Below are positions 48,759 through 57,760 of a DNA stretch of 64,000 nt, piece by piece. The position numbers were made by a program, and so were the translations under genes. Source of the DNA: Spirochaetia bacterium (GTDB taxonomy: Bacteria; Spirochaetota; Spirochaetia; UBA9216); NCBI GenBank assembly GCA_963677925.2, contig CAXXYH010000003.1, positions 1,344,001 through 1,408,000 of the forward strand, read 5' to 3'. Positions within the stretch are counted from its first letter, which is position 1. Each line of letters begins with the position of its first letter. The notes under the pieces were generated by a model. It ran no database searches. It was not told the origin of the DNA and was given only the letters and a program-made list of their open reading frames with translations.

Positions 48759-50039
48759 TTAGAAAATATCGAAGAATCTTACTGCTGACAGAAGTGCTCC
48801 GAATAATGACATCAGGATAGCTGTAGGAAGCAGCTGCCTTGTCATCTTATCCTGCTGATCTTCAGCAGTTGAAGCTACCATAACAGCACCGCCGCTTGAG
48901 AACGGTGAAATTGCAGAAGACATAGCACCTACAAAAATAACTATAATCAGTGTTGAAACATCAATTCCGGTTACCTTTGCAACTGATATTGCAAGCGGAT
49001 AAAGAAGAGGACAGACTACACCAAGTCCGCTTGAGAAGAAGCTGAGAAATGCAGCAAAAATACTGAAAGCCGGAACAATAATAAACGGTGTTCCTACCCT
49101 GCCAAGAATCTCAGCCATTCTATCAACAAGGCCGGCCTCTGTTGCTACAAGCATCAGCATGTTGATACCGGCTATTGTAATGATAGTCGGGAAATTGATT
49201 TTCTGTAAAATTTTCTTCTCATCACCAAGCTTCATTGCCATAGCTGCTATTGCGGCAAGAACCATGATTACCTGAGGCTGACAAACCTGTCTGAGCAGCA
49301 TAGTAATCGGATTTCTTACAAAAGTAGAAAGTATAGTAGGAATTACCATCAAACAGCATGCAATAATTATGAGAATTATTGTTTTTTTCTGAACAGGATT
49401 AAAGTCTTCAGGCTTTTCAACAACTACATTTTTTGCTTTATAACCTTTGAGTACAAAGTATGCAATTATACACATTATAATTCTTGCAACACTATCTGCA
49501 AGCCAGGTTCGCATCTGAATACCAAACGCACCGTCAACGCCATTCTGTTCAAGGATAGACAATGATATAACTCCACCATATCCATTGAAGGGGTTACCGG
49601 CGCCGAGATAGACAGCACATGTTATTACAATTGCGACAAGCAGCGGAGAAATTCCTGCAGCAGCAGCCATAGCAAATACAATAGGACCGATGAAAATCGG
49701 TGTTGAGGGACCAGCACCCAATGCTGATACTACGGTTCCAACAACAAGAATTACAAGCGGAATTAATTTTGCCTGACCATGCATGGCAAACAGCATTTTC
49801 TTTCCAAGCAGGGCCATTGTTCCGTTCTCATTTGCATAAGTAAAAAACAATCCGATTGATATCAGAAAGAAAACAATTGTGTTAGGCCAGTAGTTAATAA
49901 TTGTACTGACACGCAGACCTAACATCAGTGTTCCGATAAGGAACGCAGCACCCATAGCGATAACACCGGAGTTGCACTTGAACTTCCAACCGATTACGAT
50001 TGCCGCTATTATAGCAATCAAAGAAACAGTTAATGCCAT
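48759..50039 (-). CDS. IT-superfamily carboxylate carrier (SLC13/MatC-like), copy 2
   Basis: NSGVIA, YANENGTM, SPFSSGGAVMVAS; paralog of 39930-41216. Confidence 0.75.
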   Translation of the reverse strand: MALTVSLIAIIAAIVIGWKFKCNSGVIAMGAAFLIGTLMLGLRVSTIINYWPNTIVFFLISIGLFFTYANENGTMALLGKKMLFAMHGQAKLIPLVILVVGTVVSALGAGPSTPIFIGPIVFAMAAAAGISPLLVAIVITCAVYLGAGNPFNGYGGVISLSILEQNGVDGAFGIQMRTWLADSVARIIMCIIAYFVLKGYKAKNVVVEKPEDFNPVQKKTIILIIIACCLMVIPTILSTFVRNPITMLLRQVCQPQVIMVLAAIAAMAMKLGDEKKILQKINFPTIITIAGINMLMLVATEAGLVDRMAEILGRVGTPFIIVPAFSIFAAFLSFFSSGLGVVCPLLYPLAISVAKVTGIDVSTLIIVIFVGAMSSAISPFSSGGAVMVASTAEDQQDKMTRQLLPTAILMSLFGALLSAVRFFDIF

Positions 50040-50060
50040 TAAAAGACCTCCTAAATATAT

Positions 50061-50094
50061 TAAGAGCTATAGATAATTATTTCTATAGCTCTTA
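50061..50094. other. Intergenic stem-loop between the dehydratase genes and the transporter
   Basis: TAAGAGCTATAGA / TCTATAGCTCTTA perfect 13-bp inverted repeat. Confidence 0.6.
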
Positions 50095-50105
50095 TTTTTT
50101 TTGTT

Positions 50106-51374
50106 TTACTTCTTTGCTTCTTTTGCTTTTGCCCGTCTGTCATCAATTGATTCAAATAAAGCCTGCAGACGGGTTCTAACCTGTGCTTCATTGAAATAAC
50201 TCTGATCGGTATGATCCAGCTCAAGAACGATTGCAGGAATACCATATTCCTTCTCAACCATGGCGCACATATCATATGAGCCCATACCCCATGGACGGCA
50301 GGTATGCGGTGAGTGTATGATTACAGCATCAATCTGAAATCCTTCAATATACTTTCTTACCTGAGTTCTGAATTTTGTTTCAAAGTTTATAGAATAGCCG
50401 CTGTTGCTGAATTCGCATCCTTCTGAAAACAGCGGATCATCCGGATGCAGTCCATCCGGTGGATAGGCATCTTCGATATATTCGGAATCTCTTCCAAATC
50501 CATATGTACCGTTTACAAGAACCGCTCCGTTCTCATTGAAAATTCTTGCGAGCTTGCCGACTGCGTACCATGGAAAATTTCCACGCCACATAAGTCTGTA
50601 TTTTTCATTATCAGATACACCAATCCCCTTGCTTGCCCTGTCAATAACTTCTTCTGCAAAAGCTTTGTACATTTCTGCAGCAGACTTGTTTCTCATAGTC
50701 AGACTTGGAACCATTGCAACAGCGCCATCAATAAAACTGGCAGGTGCCGGAACAGCTTTTACAGTCTCAAGAATAAGTTTTCTCCAGATACCCATTTCTC
50801 TGATTTCATGGATATTTTCCTTAAGTCTGTCGTAGTCAAAGGGTCTGCCTGTTATCTCTTCAAGGAACTCAATAAATTCCTTGATCTGATCTCTGGTGTA
50901 ATGAGCATTATCTCTCAGCTGCTGAGGATCTGATTCATAGAGAAAGGGCATATCAAGTACGAATACAGGTACATTGAAAATCTTTCCGAGACAGTAGGAC
51001 CACTGCATCATACTCGGACAGGCGTTTCCAAGTACCAGAAAATCGGGTTTGGGAACCTGAAATCTTTCGGGAATATCAACACCGTCAACCATCATAAGAG
51101 CCTGACCGATATTAATTTTTGCATATGAACAGCACTCAACACCAAGACCGGCTGCCTTTGAGTAGTCCATGTAAATGTCCTGAAGCTGAGCAGAAGCAAT
51201 TCTTGCCGCAGTATTTTCAGCCAGAAAACAGCTGATACCATGAACATTCATTACTTCGTAGGGAGCTGGTCCCATACACCAGGCAACAGTGTCTGCTCTT
51301 TCTCTGAGGTCATCATAGAACTCGTCCATTATTTTATTAATAACTGTAGTTGCTTGTATTTTATTAATTGCCAT
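50106..51374 (-). CDS. 2-hydroxyacyl-CoA dehydratase family subunit (HgdA/FldB/BcrB-like)
   Basis: ENTAA, CCSYAKIN, PKPDF, NAC, CRP, QVRTRLQAL; start reassigned to 51374. Confidence 0.85.
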   Translation of the reverse strand: MAINKIQATTVINKIMDEFYDDLRERADTVAWCMGPAPYEVMNVHGISCFLAENTAARIASAQLQDIYMDYSKAAGLGVECCSYAKINIGQALMMVDGVDIPERFQVPKPDFLVLGNACPSMMQWSYCLGKIFNVPVFVLDMPFLYESDPQQLRDNAHYTRDQIKEFIEFLEEITGRPFDYDRLKENIHEIREMGIWRKLILETVKAVPAPASFIDGAVAMVPSLTMRNKSAAEMYKAFAEEVIDRASKGIGVSDNEKYRLMWRGNFPWYAVGKLARIFNENGAVLVNGTYGFGRDSEYIEDAYPPDGLHPDDPLFSEGCEFSNSGYSINFETKFRTQVRKYIEGFQIDAVIIHSPHTCRPWGMGSYDMCAMVEKEYGIPAIVLELDHTDQSYFNEAQVRTRLQALFESIDDRRAKAKEAKK

Positions 51375-51375
51375 C

Positions 51376-52548
51376 TTATACCGCCATATTCTCAGTAATA
51401 CTCTCAAAGAAACTTTGGAGTCTTGTTTTCACCTGTCCTGTCTGCTCATTTTCAATATCAATAAACAGGTCGAGATCCTTTTTACCCTGCTGAGTAAGCT
51501 GCCTGTGAGCAAGAAAGTAGGAATAGTAGTGAGGCTCACAGTTCTGAACCATGATATTTATAACTGCTGCTGCACCGGTATCTTCAAGCATCTTAAGCTG
51601 GTAATCACCCAGTGTACGATTTTCATACTTTGTCGGGCATACTGAAACCGGATTAAAATAAGCCTGAGCCAGGGCCTCCATCGGATCAAGATCAGTTTGA
51701 TACAATGTATTGAAATATCTTGAGCCTACGTAAAGATCATCATCAATAATGACACCTCCGGTGCTCTCAATTGACTCAAGTACATAATCCTTACAAATTT
51801 CACAAATACTTCCGCTTACAATTACAGGAACATCTTTTGATTTTTCAAACGAAGAAGCCTTTTCTTCAAGAAGTGTCAGCAGCTCCTTAAGAAGGCTGCT
51901 GTGCTCTGTCTTAGGCATACACATTGAGGCCTGTACTATTCTTGAGACATCAAGTCCGCTTAGAATTCCAGGATTTGCTCTTCTGATATCATACAGCTTG
52001 ATCATAAGAGACTTATTTTCATTATAAATCGCGATTGCCTTCTTTAAATCTTCATCACTGAATTCAGACCCTGCAATTTCGCTGATAATCCCTCTCATTT
52101 TTGCCATTTCACGGCGAGTAAAATCCTGTGTAAGGCCCCTCTCAAGCTCAGGAGGAAAGTACATAAACTGGACCTTTTTAACTTTATCAGTAATGTAAGG
52201 GATAAGATCACCAATCATTCTAATTTCATGACAGCAGTCCTTTATCATTAGACAATCTACGTAACTTAAGTCATCAGTTAAAGCCTGCTCTACCATACTG
52301 CGAACATATCCGCACATATGACTCTGAACGTGTGCATTTGCAGCTACAATTGGTTTATTCTGTTCAAGAAGAACCATTGGAATCATCCCTGCAGCTTCAA
52401 TAAGCGGCTCAGGAACATCCAGACCTGCACAGGAAACAACTTTTTTATTTGTTTTCTGTTTCCATTCACGCATTGTTGCGTGCGGATCTGCAGCAATGGA
52501 TGCGAACTTATCCAACATCTGCTGCAATCCAGTAGCGTTATCTGCCAT
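51376..52548 (-). CDS. 2-hydroxyacyl-CoA dehydratase family subunit (HgdB/FldC/BcrC-like)
   Basis: PEPLIEAAG, MCGYVRS, DCC, DDLYVGSRY, NCEP, GQVKTRLQSF. Confidence 0.85.
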   Translation of the reverse strand: MADNATGLQQMLDKFASIAADPHATMREWKQKTNKKVVSCAGLDVPEPLIEAAGMIPMVLLEQNKPIVAANAHVQSHMCGYVRSMVEQALTDDLSYVDCLMIKDCCHEIRMIGDLIPYITDKVKKVQFMYFPPELERGLTQDFTRREMAKMRGIISEIAGSEFSDEDLKKAIAIYNENKSLMIKLYDIRRANPGILSGLDVSRIVQASMCMPKTEHSSLLKELLTLLEEKASSFEKSKDVPVIVSGSICEICKDYVLESIESTGGVIIDDDLYVGSRYFNTLYQTDLDPMEALAQAYFNPVSVCPTKYENRTLGDYQLKMLEDTGAAAVINIMVQNCEPHYYSYFLAHRQLTQQGKKDLDLFIDIENEQTGQVKTRLQSFFESITENMAV

Positions 52549-52559
52549 TATAATTTCTC

Positions 52560-53366
52560 CTATTCTACAATTTGGTTAATATGCTGTTTCAAGCCTCTTT
52601 CTTTTGCTGTAACAGCAGCTCCTAAAGCACCGATAATCTGAGGTTCCGGAGCTATCAGTAATTTTGTTTCAAGTAATTCTTCAAAAGCTTTAACAACCCC
52701 AAGATTTTTTGCTACTCCACCGCTCATAGCGATTGGTGCAGTCAGCCTGGCTTTTTTAACCAGAAGATAAACCCTTCGTGCAACAGCTGAATGAATTCCA
52801 GCCATAACATTTACAGGATTAGTCCCCTTCTTGGAAATCTGAGAGATTACCTCAGATTCTGCAAAAACTGTGCATATACTGCTGATGGGGAGAGCTTCAG
52901 TAGCTTCCAGAGAGCGTTTTCCCATTTCATTTACTGAAAGCCCCATGATTCCAGCCATGACATCCAGGAATCTTCCCGTACCGGCAGCACAGCGATCGTT
53001 CATAGCAAATGTAATGATACGTCCTGCTTCATCGATTGAAATGGCCTTGCTGTCCTGACCTCCGATGTCTATTACACCTCTGGCTTCGGGAAAGTAGTAG
53101 TTAATACCCTTTCCATGGCAACCAATTTCGGTCACCTGACCGTCAACAAATTCCAGCAGTTCACGTCCGTATCCTGTTGCAATTGAATAGTCAATGTCAT
53201 CCTGCGAATATCCAGCTTCATCAAGACACTGTTTCAAACACCTGTTAGCTGCATCTTCCGGTGCAAATCCCGTTAAAACAATGGAAGAGGAAAGAAGTTT
53301 TCCTTCCTCATCCAGTATTGCCACTTTTGTTGTTGTAGAACCTATATCAATTCCGACAAAAACCAC
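52560..53366 (-). CDS. ATP-dependent [4Fe-4S] dehydratase activator (HgdC/FldI/HadI family)
   Basis: GIDIGSTTTK, TGYGR, DIGGQDSK, MNDRCAAGTGRFL, CTVFAESE, GGVAKN. Confidence 0.93.
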   Translation of the reverse strand: MVFVGIDIGSTTTKVAILDEEGKLLSSSIVLTGFAPEDAANRCLKQCLDEAGYSQDDIDYSIATGYGRELLEFVDGQVTEIGCHGKGINYYFPEARGVIDIGGQDSKAISIDEAGRIITFAMNDRCAAGTGRFLDVMAGIMGLSVNEMGKRSLEATEALPISSICTVFAESEVISQISKKGTNPVNVMAGIHSAVARRVYLLVKKARLTAPIAMSGGVAKNLGVVKAFEELLETKLLIAPEPQIIGALGAAVTAKERGLKQHINQIVE

Positions 53367-53395
53367 TTGCTATACCTACCTTATTGGGAATCAGA

Positions 53396-54637
53396 TTAAG
53401 CTCTGAACTGGTTGATTACACCAGCGTTTTCCCATGAATCAACTTCAGATTCATCGAAGCCGTATTCCTTTAAAATCTCTACAGTGTTCTCTCCCATTCT
53501 TGGGGCGTGCCTGTCAATTCTTGCAGGAGTATCGCTGAGGCTGAAAGGAAATCCCATACAGTAATTTTTTCCATAAGTGGGGTGCTCTACCTCAATAAAC
53601 ATCTGGGAGCCTCTTTTTGCTGTGTCCAGAACTGCTGTCCGGGGGCTGATAATTGGTGCATTCGGAACACCGGCTTTTGAAAGAATCACATCCCATTCAG
53701 CTGTTGTTTTCTGCATAAAGATTTCTCCGAAAACTCTATCGAGTTCAGGATGGTTTTCACGTCTTAAAGAATTAGTAGCGAAACGTTCATCAGGGCCCAT
53801 CTCAGGTACGCCAAGAGCTTTTGTAAGTTCCACCCACAGCTTCTGACTTCCGCATGTTATAAAAACCCAGCTGTCTTTTGTTTTGTAAGCCTGGCAGGGA
53901 ACCAGTTCAGGATGACCAAGCCCGGTAGGCTTAAAATCATAATCATCGTTTGCGAAAATAGGTCCTACATACTGCTGCAGATACTGCAGTGTTGAATTAA
54001 AAAGTGACACCATAACCTTCTGCCCCTTACCGGTGACTGATCGGTTATACAGAGCCATCATGATTGCCTCAGTACAGTTATGACATCCTGCTATATCGGA
54101 TATCGAAGGACCGGGTTTTGCTATGTGATCTTCATCAAGACCTGTACATGCAATGGTTCCGGCTCGTGCCTGAATTACAACGTCCATTCCCCCGTCCTTG
54201 GCGTTGGGGTGATCAGGCGGAAATGCTGTTATCTGAGCCCAAACAAGTTTTGGATTTACCTTATGAACTTCTTCATATCCGTATCCCATAGCTTCAATGG
54301 TTCCCGGGCGGAAATTACTTACCATGATGTCTGCTGTTTCAAGCATTTTCCAAATGACTTTTTTTCCAGCTTCACTTCGGTAATCTACACAGATACCTTC
54401 CTTGTTCCGGTTCATTGAAAGAAATGCATCACCGCCATGTATGGGCGCATCCTTTTCCATCCACTTGGTACTGTTGATTCCACGGGTGGCATCGCCTTTG
54501 ATACCTTCAACCTTTATGACTCTAGCGCCATAATCAGCAAGGATTGTAGTACATGCCGGGCCGGCAAGTGCTATGGTTAAATCTACAACAGTAATACCAT
54601 CAAGCGGTCTTCGGTTGCCTTCTGCTGAAACACTCAT
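53396..54637 (-). CDS. Family III (CaiB/BaiF) CoA-transferase
   Basis: PLDGITVVDL, AGP, GARVIKVE, NRNK, NFRPG, SISD catalytic Asp. Confidence 0.92.
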   Translation of the reverse strand: MSVSAEGNRRPLDGITVVDLTIALAGPACTTILADYGARVIKVEGIKGDATRGINSTKWMEKDAPIHGGDAFLSMNRNKEGICVDYRSEAGKKVIWKMLETADIMVSNFRPGTIEAMGYGYEEVHKVNPKLVWAQITAFPPDHPNAKDGGMDVVIQARAGTIACTGLDEDHIAKPGPSISDIAGCHNCTEAIMMALYNRSVTGKGQKVMVSLFNSTLQYLQQYVGPIFANDDYDFKPTGLGHPELVPCQAYKTKDSWVFITCGSQKLWVELTKALGVPEMGPDERFATNSLRRENHPELDRVFGEIFMQKTTAEWDVILSKAGVPNAPIISPRTAVLDTAKRGSQMFIEVEHPTYGKNYCMGFPFSLSDTPARIDRHAPRMGENTVEILKEYGFDESEVDSWENAGVINQFRA

Positions 54638-54706
54638 ATAGTTTCTCCTCCATTAGTAAAATTAGTTTTTGAAAAATAGATTGATTTATAAAAATCGTAT
54701 TAATGC

Positions 54707-55870
54707 CTAATTAATCAGACTGAAAATTCCTGCGGCACCCATACCTCCACCTATGCACATAGAGATGAGAGCATACTTGCCGTTATTGTCTTTAAGATAA
54801 TCCAGAGCTTTTTCGGTCAGAATGGTTCCCGTAGCACCCATAGGGTGACCAAGTGCCATGGCTCCGCCGTAAGGATTCACCTTTTCAGGATTCATCCCGA
54901 GTTCTCTAGTACAGGCTAATGCCTGAGAAGCAAAAGCCTCGTTAAGCTCGATTACATCCATCTGCTCCAGACTGAGACCAGTTTTTTTAAGAAGTTTAGG
55001 AATTGCATAAATCGGCCCCATTCCCATCAAGCTGGGGTCACAGCCTGCAACGGCAAAACCTTCAAACTTTGCTATTGGTTTCATTCCAAGCTCTTCCGCT
55101 TTCTTTCTTTCCATCACAACAGCATAGGCAGCAGCATCAGTCATCTGTGATGATGTAGCGGCAGTCACAAGGCCGTTTTCCCTGAATGGTGGATCCATTG
55201 ATGCCATCTTTTCCAGAGAGGTTCTGAGATTTCCTTCAGCGTCAGCAAGTATTCCATCGTCTTCAGAAATCCAGACACCCTGATCATTAGACATAGGAAT
55301 AATACTTGGAGAAAGTTTACCGGCCATCCGGGCTACAGAAGCCCTTCTGTGTGACTCCAAAGCCATCTCTTCCATTTCCGCTCTGGTAATTTTGTATTTA
55401 TCTGCTACTCTTTCTGCGGTTTCTCCCATAGACATTATTGCTGAGGGATAATTCTCTTTTATCCATGGATTAAGATACGGTTCCTGAAAAGGATCAAAGC
55501 AGTCAGTCATAAACTCAGCGCCGCCTGCAACAGCTATGTCATATTCACCGGCAATGATTGCATTTGAAGCAGCAGCTATAGTCTGCAGGCCTGAAGAGCA
55601 GAATCTGTTTACTGTCTGTGCAGGGATTTCTTCCGGCAGCTCTGCCCTATTGACAATAAGCCGGCTTACATTCATATCCATTTCCTTTAAAGGGAATGCA
55701 CAGCCTGTAAGAACATCACCGATTAATTCCGGACTCAACTGTGGAACTTTTTCCAGCACTCCTTTCAAAGTCATTGCTGCATAATTAATTGGATGGGTCT
55801 GACTGAAGCCGCCCTTCCTTGCCCTGCAGCAGGCACTTCTTCCGTATGCTACAATTACAGCTTCTCTCAT
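54707..55870 (-). CDS. Thiolase (acetyl-CoA C-acyltransferase)
   Basis: [26 protein letters not shown]. Confidence 0.94.
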   Translation of the reverse strand: MREAVIVAYGRSACCRARKGGFSQTHPINYAAMTLKGVLEKVPQLSPELIGDVLTGCAFPLKEMDMNVSRLIVNRAELPEEIPAQTVNRFCSSGLQTIAAASNAIIAGEYDIAVAGGAEFMTDCFDPFQEPYLNPWIKENYPSAIMSMGETAERVADKYKITRAEMEEMALESHRRASVARMAGKLSPSIIPMSNDQGVWISEDDGILADAEGNLRTSLEKMASMDPPFRENGLVTAATSSQMTDAAAYAVVMERKKAEELGMKPIAKFEGFAVAGCDPSLMGMGPIYAIPKLLKKTGLSLEQMDVIELNEAFASQALACTRELGMNPEKVNPYGGAMALGHPMGATGTILTEKALDYLKDNNGKYALISMCIGGGMGAAGIFSLIN

Positions 55871-55885
55871 TTTAAGTCTCCTAAT

Positions 55886-56737
55886 CTATTTGTAGTCGTA
55901 CCAGCCGCGTCCTGACTTTCTGCCGAAACGCCCGTCTTTAACCATTTCAGTGACAACTTCAGGACAGCTCCAGTCGGTGACCGGAAGACCTTCAAGGGAA
56001 TCACAAACATGAGTGAATGTATCAAGACCCGAAAGATCCATCATTTCGAATGGTCCGAGAGGATGGTTCAAACCGAGTTTCATTGCTGTGTCTATATCTT
56101 CAGCTGTTGCTATTCCGTCCGTATAACAGCGGAGAGCTTCTAGCACGAATGCAAAAAGACAGCGGTTAACAATAAAACCGGGTTCATCTTTTTTACATTC
56201 CACGGCTGTTTTCTTCATACCGGCGGCAGTCTCCTTAACCGTTTGAATTGTTTCATCACTGGTCGCTGTGCACCTGATCAACTCAACAAGTTTCATTACA
56301 GCCACTGGAAAGAAGAAATGCATTCCTACACAGCGTTCCTTGTGGTCACATCCTGACATTATTTCTTCAACCGACATCGAGGATGTGTTGGTGCAGAATA
56401 TGGCATCAGGCCTGCAGACTTCAGATAAGCCGTTGAAGATTTCCTGTTTCAGTTCAAGAACTTCGGGGGCTGCTTCAATAATGAGGTCACATTTACTCAT
56501 GTCAGATATTTCAGTAGTGCAGCTTATTCGTTCTAAAGTTTTTTCTGCTTCATCAGCATCCTGTTTACCGGCCGCTACTCTTTTCTCCATGGCTGCTTTC
56601 ATTTTCTGTACAGCATTACTGCAGAATTCAATTTTTATATCTCGTAAAACTACGTCGTAACCGGCCGAGGCTGCTATCTGAGCAATACCTGCGCCCATTT
56701 GTCCCGCTCCGATTACACCAATTGTTTTCACTATCAT
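55886..56737 (-). CDS. 3-hydroxyacyl-CoA dehydrogenase (Hbd-like)
   Basis: GAGQMGAGIA, TNTSS, GMHFF, PGFIVNR, GRKSGRGWY. Confidence 0.93.
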   Translation of the reverse strand: MIVKTIGVIGAGQMGAGIAQIAASAGYDVVLRDIKIEFCSNAVQKMKAAMEKRVAAGKQDADEAEKTLERISCTTEISDMSKCDLIIEAAPEVLELKQEIFNGLSEVCRPDAIFCTNTSSMSVEEIMSGCDHKERCVGMHFFFPVAVMKLVELIRCTATSDETIQTVKETAAGMKKTAVECKKDEPGFIVNRCLFAFVLEALRCYTDGIATAEDIDTAMKLGLNHPLGPFEMMDLSGLDTFTHVCDSLEGLPVTDWSCPEVVTEMVKDGRFGRKSGRGWYDYK

Positions 56738-56749
56738 TTAAGTGGCTCC

Positions 56750-57664
56750 TTAATTATGCTGAAAGATCGGTTTACGTTTTTCGAGCATAGCCCTCATACC
56801 CTCTTTCTGGTCATGGGTTTTAAAAAGCTCTGTAAACTCTACCGTCTCTCTTTCTTTACCGTAGGTCATGCCCTCTTTCACTGAAAAGTTGATTGTATTC
56901 TTTGCCGCGGCAACAGCTTTACCCGGCATCTGAATCAGTCTTGCAGCAACAGCTGAGGCCTTCTGACAAATAGCATCAGCCTCTGCAGCGGCAGCAGCAG
57001 ACTCACATTCACTGTAAAGAAGTTTCATCTTTTCTAAATTGCCGTTATTTTCACGTTTTGCAGATTCGAGTGAAGCCTTGGCTTCCGCAGACGCCTTATC
57101 CAGCTCGGAACTTCCTGGCTCGAACCAGTTTAATAACCCCATATCAAAAGCAGCTTTACCGCTGATTTTTTCATTAAGTAGAATTAATTGCTTAGCAATA
57201 GAAGGTCCCAGCAATGAAGCCGCACGAACGCAGCCGTTGGCTCCCGGGATTACACCAAGTCCGACTTCCGGAAACGACAATAAAGTTCTCGGACCGCCAA
57301 CCCTGAAATCACATGCCAAAGCAAGCTCAAAACCTCCTCCGAATGCAAAACCGCAAATTGCAGCTATAGTCGGAATCTGAAGATTTTCAATTTCATCATT
57401 TATTTTTATTGCAAGCTGACATACTTCGTGAGCCTTTACAGGATCTGCATCAACCATATCGGTGATATCAGCTCCGGCAGCAAAGGCTCTTGTTCCTGCT
57501 CCGCTTATGACAACAGCTCTTATTGATGAATCCTTTTTTATTTCCTGAATTGTGGAATAAAGAAGTTGATTCAATTCAAGATTCAGTGCATTGAGCTGAT
57601 GTGGTCGATTCAATAATATTTCTGCAATACCATCTGCTACTTCAAGCAGGACTAATGGCTCCAT
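56750..57664 (-). CDS. Enoyl-CoA hydratase (crotonase) with an internal insertion
   Basis: LNRP..LNAL, AFAAGADI, GGGFELALACD, PEVGLGVIPG. Confidence 0.9.
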   Translation of the reverse strand: MEPLVLLEVADGIAEILLNRPHQLNALNLELNQLLYSTIQEIKKDSSIRAVVISGAGTRAFAAGADITDMVDADPVKAHEVCQLAIKINDEIENLQIPTIAAICGFAFGGGFELALACDFRVGGPRTLLSFPEVGLGVIPGANGCVRAASLLGPSIAKQLILLNEKISGKAAFDMGLLNWFEPGSSELDKASAEAKASLESAKRENNGNLEKMKLLYSECESAAAAAEADAICQKASAVAARLIQMPGKAVAAAKNTINFSVKEGMTYGKERETVEFTELFKTHDQKEGMRAMLEKRKPIFQHN

Positions 57665-57720
57665 TCCTAACCTCAGTGTATTAATATTTAATTTTCAATT
57701 ATTTTTAAATTCAGAAATAA

Positions 57721-57746
57721 AGGCGGAGCCGGTTTACGGTCCGCCT
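57721..57746 (-). terminator. Intra-operon hairpin (weak terminator or stabiliser) after the reductase gene
   Basis: AGGCGGACCG-taaac-CGG(C)TCCGCCT followed by TTATTT on the minus strand. Confidence 0.5.
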
Positions 57747-57760
57747 ATTAATTTAATGTT

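Noticed and set aside
50106-53366. Firm call as benzoyl-CoA reductase
   Set aside because: There is only one activator-type subunit and no recognisable ring-hydrolase set. The family cannot be resolved without phylogeny, so it is kept only as an alternative.
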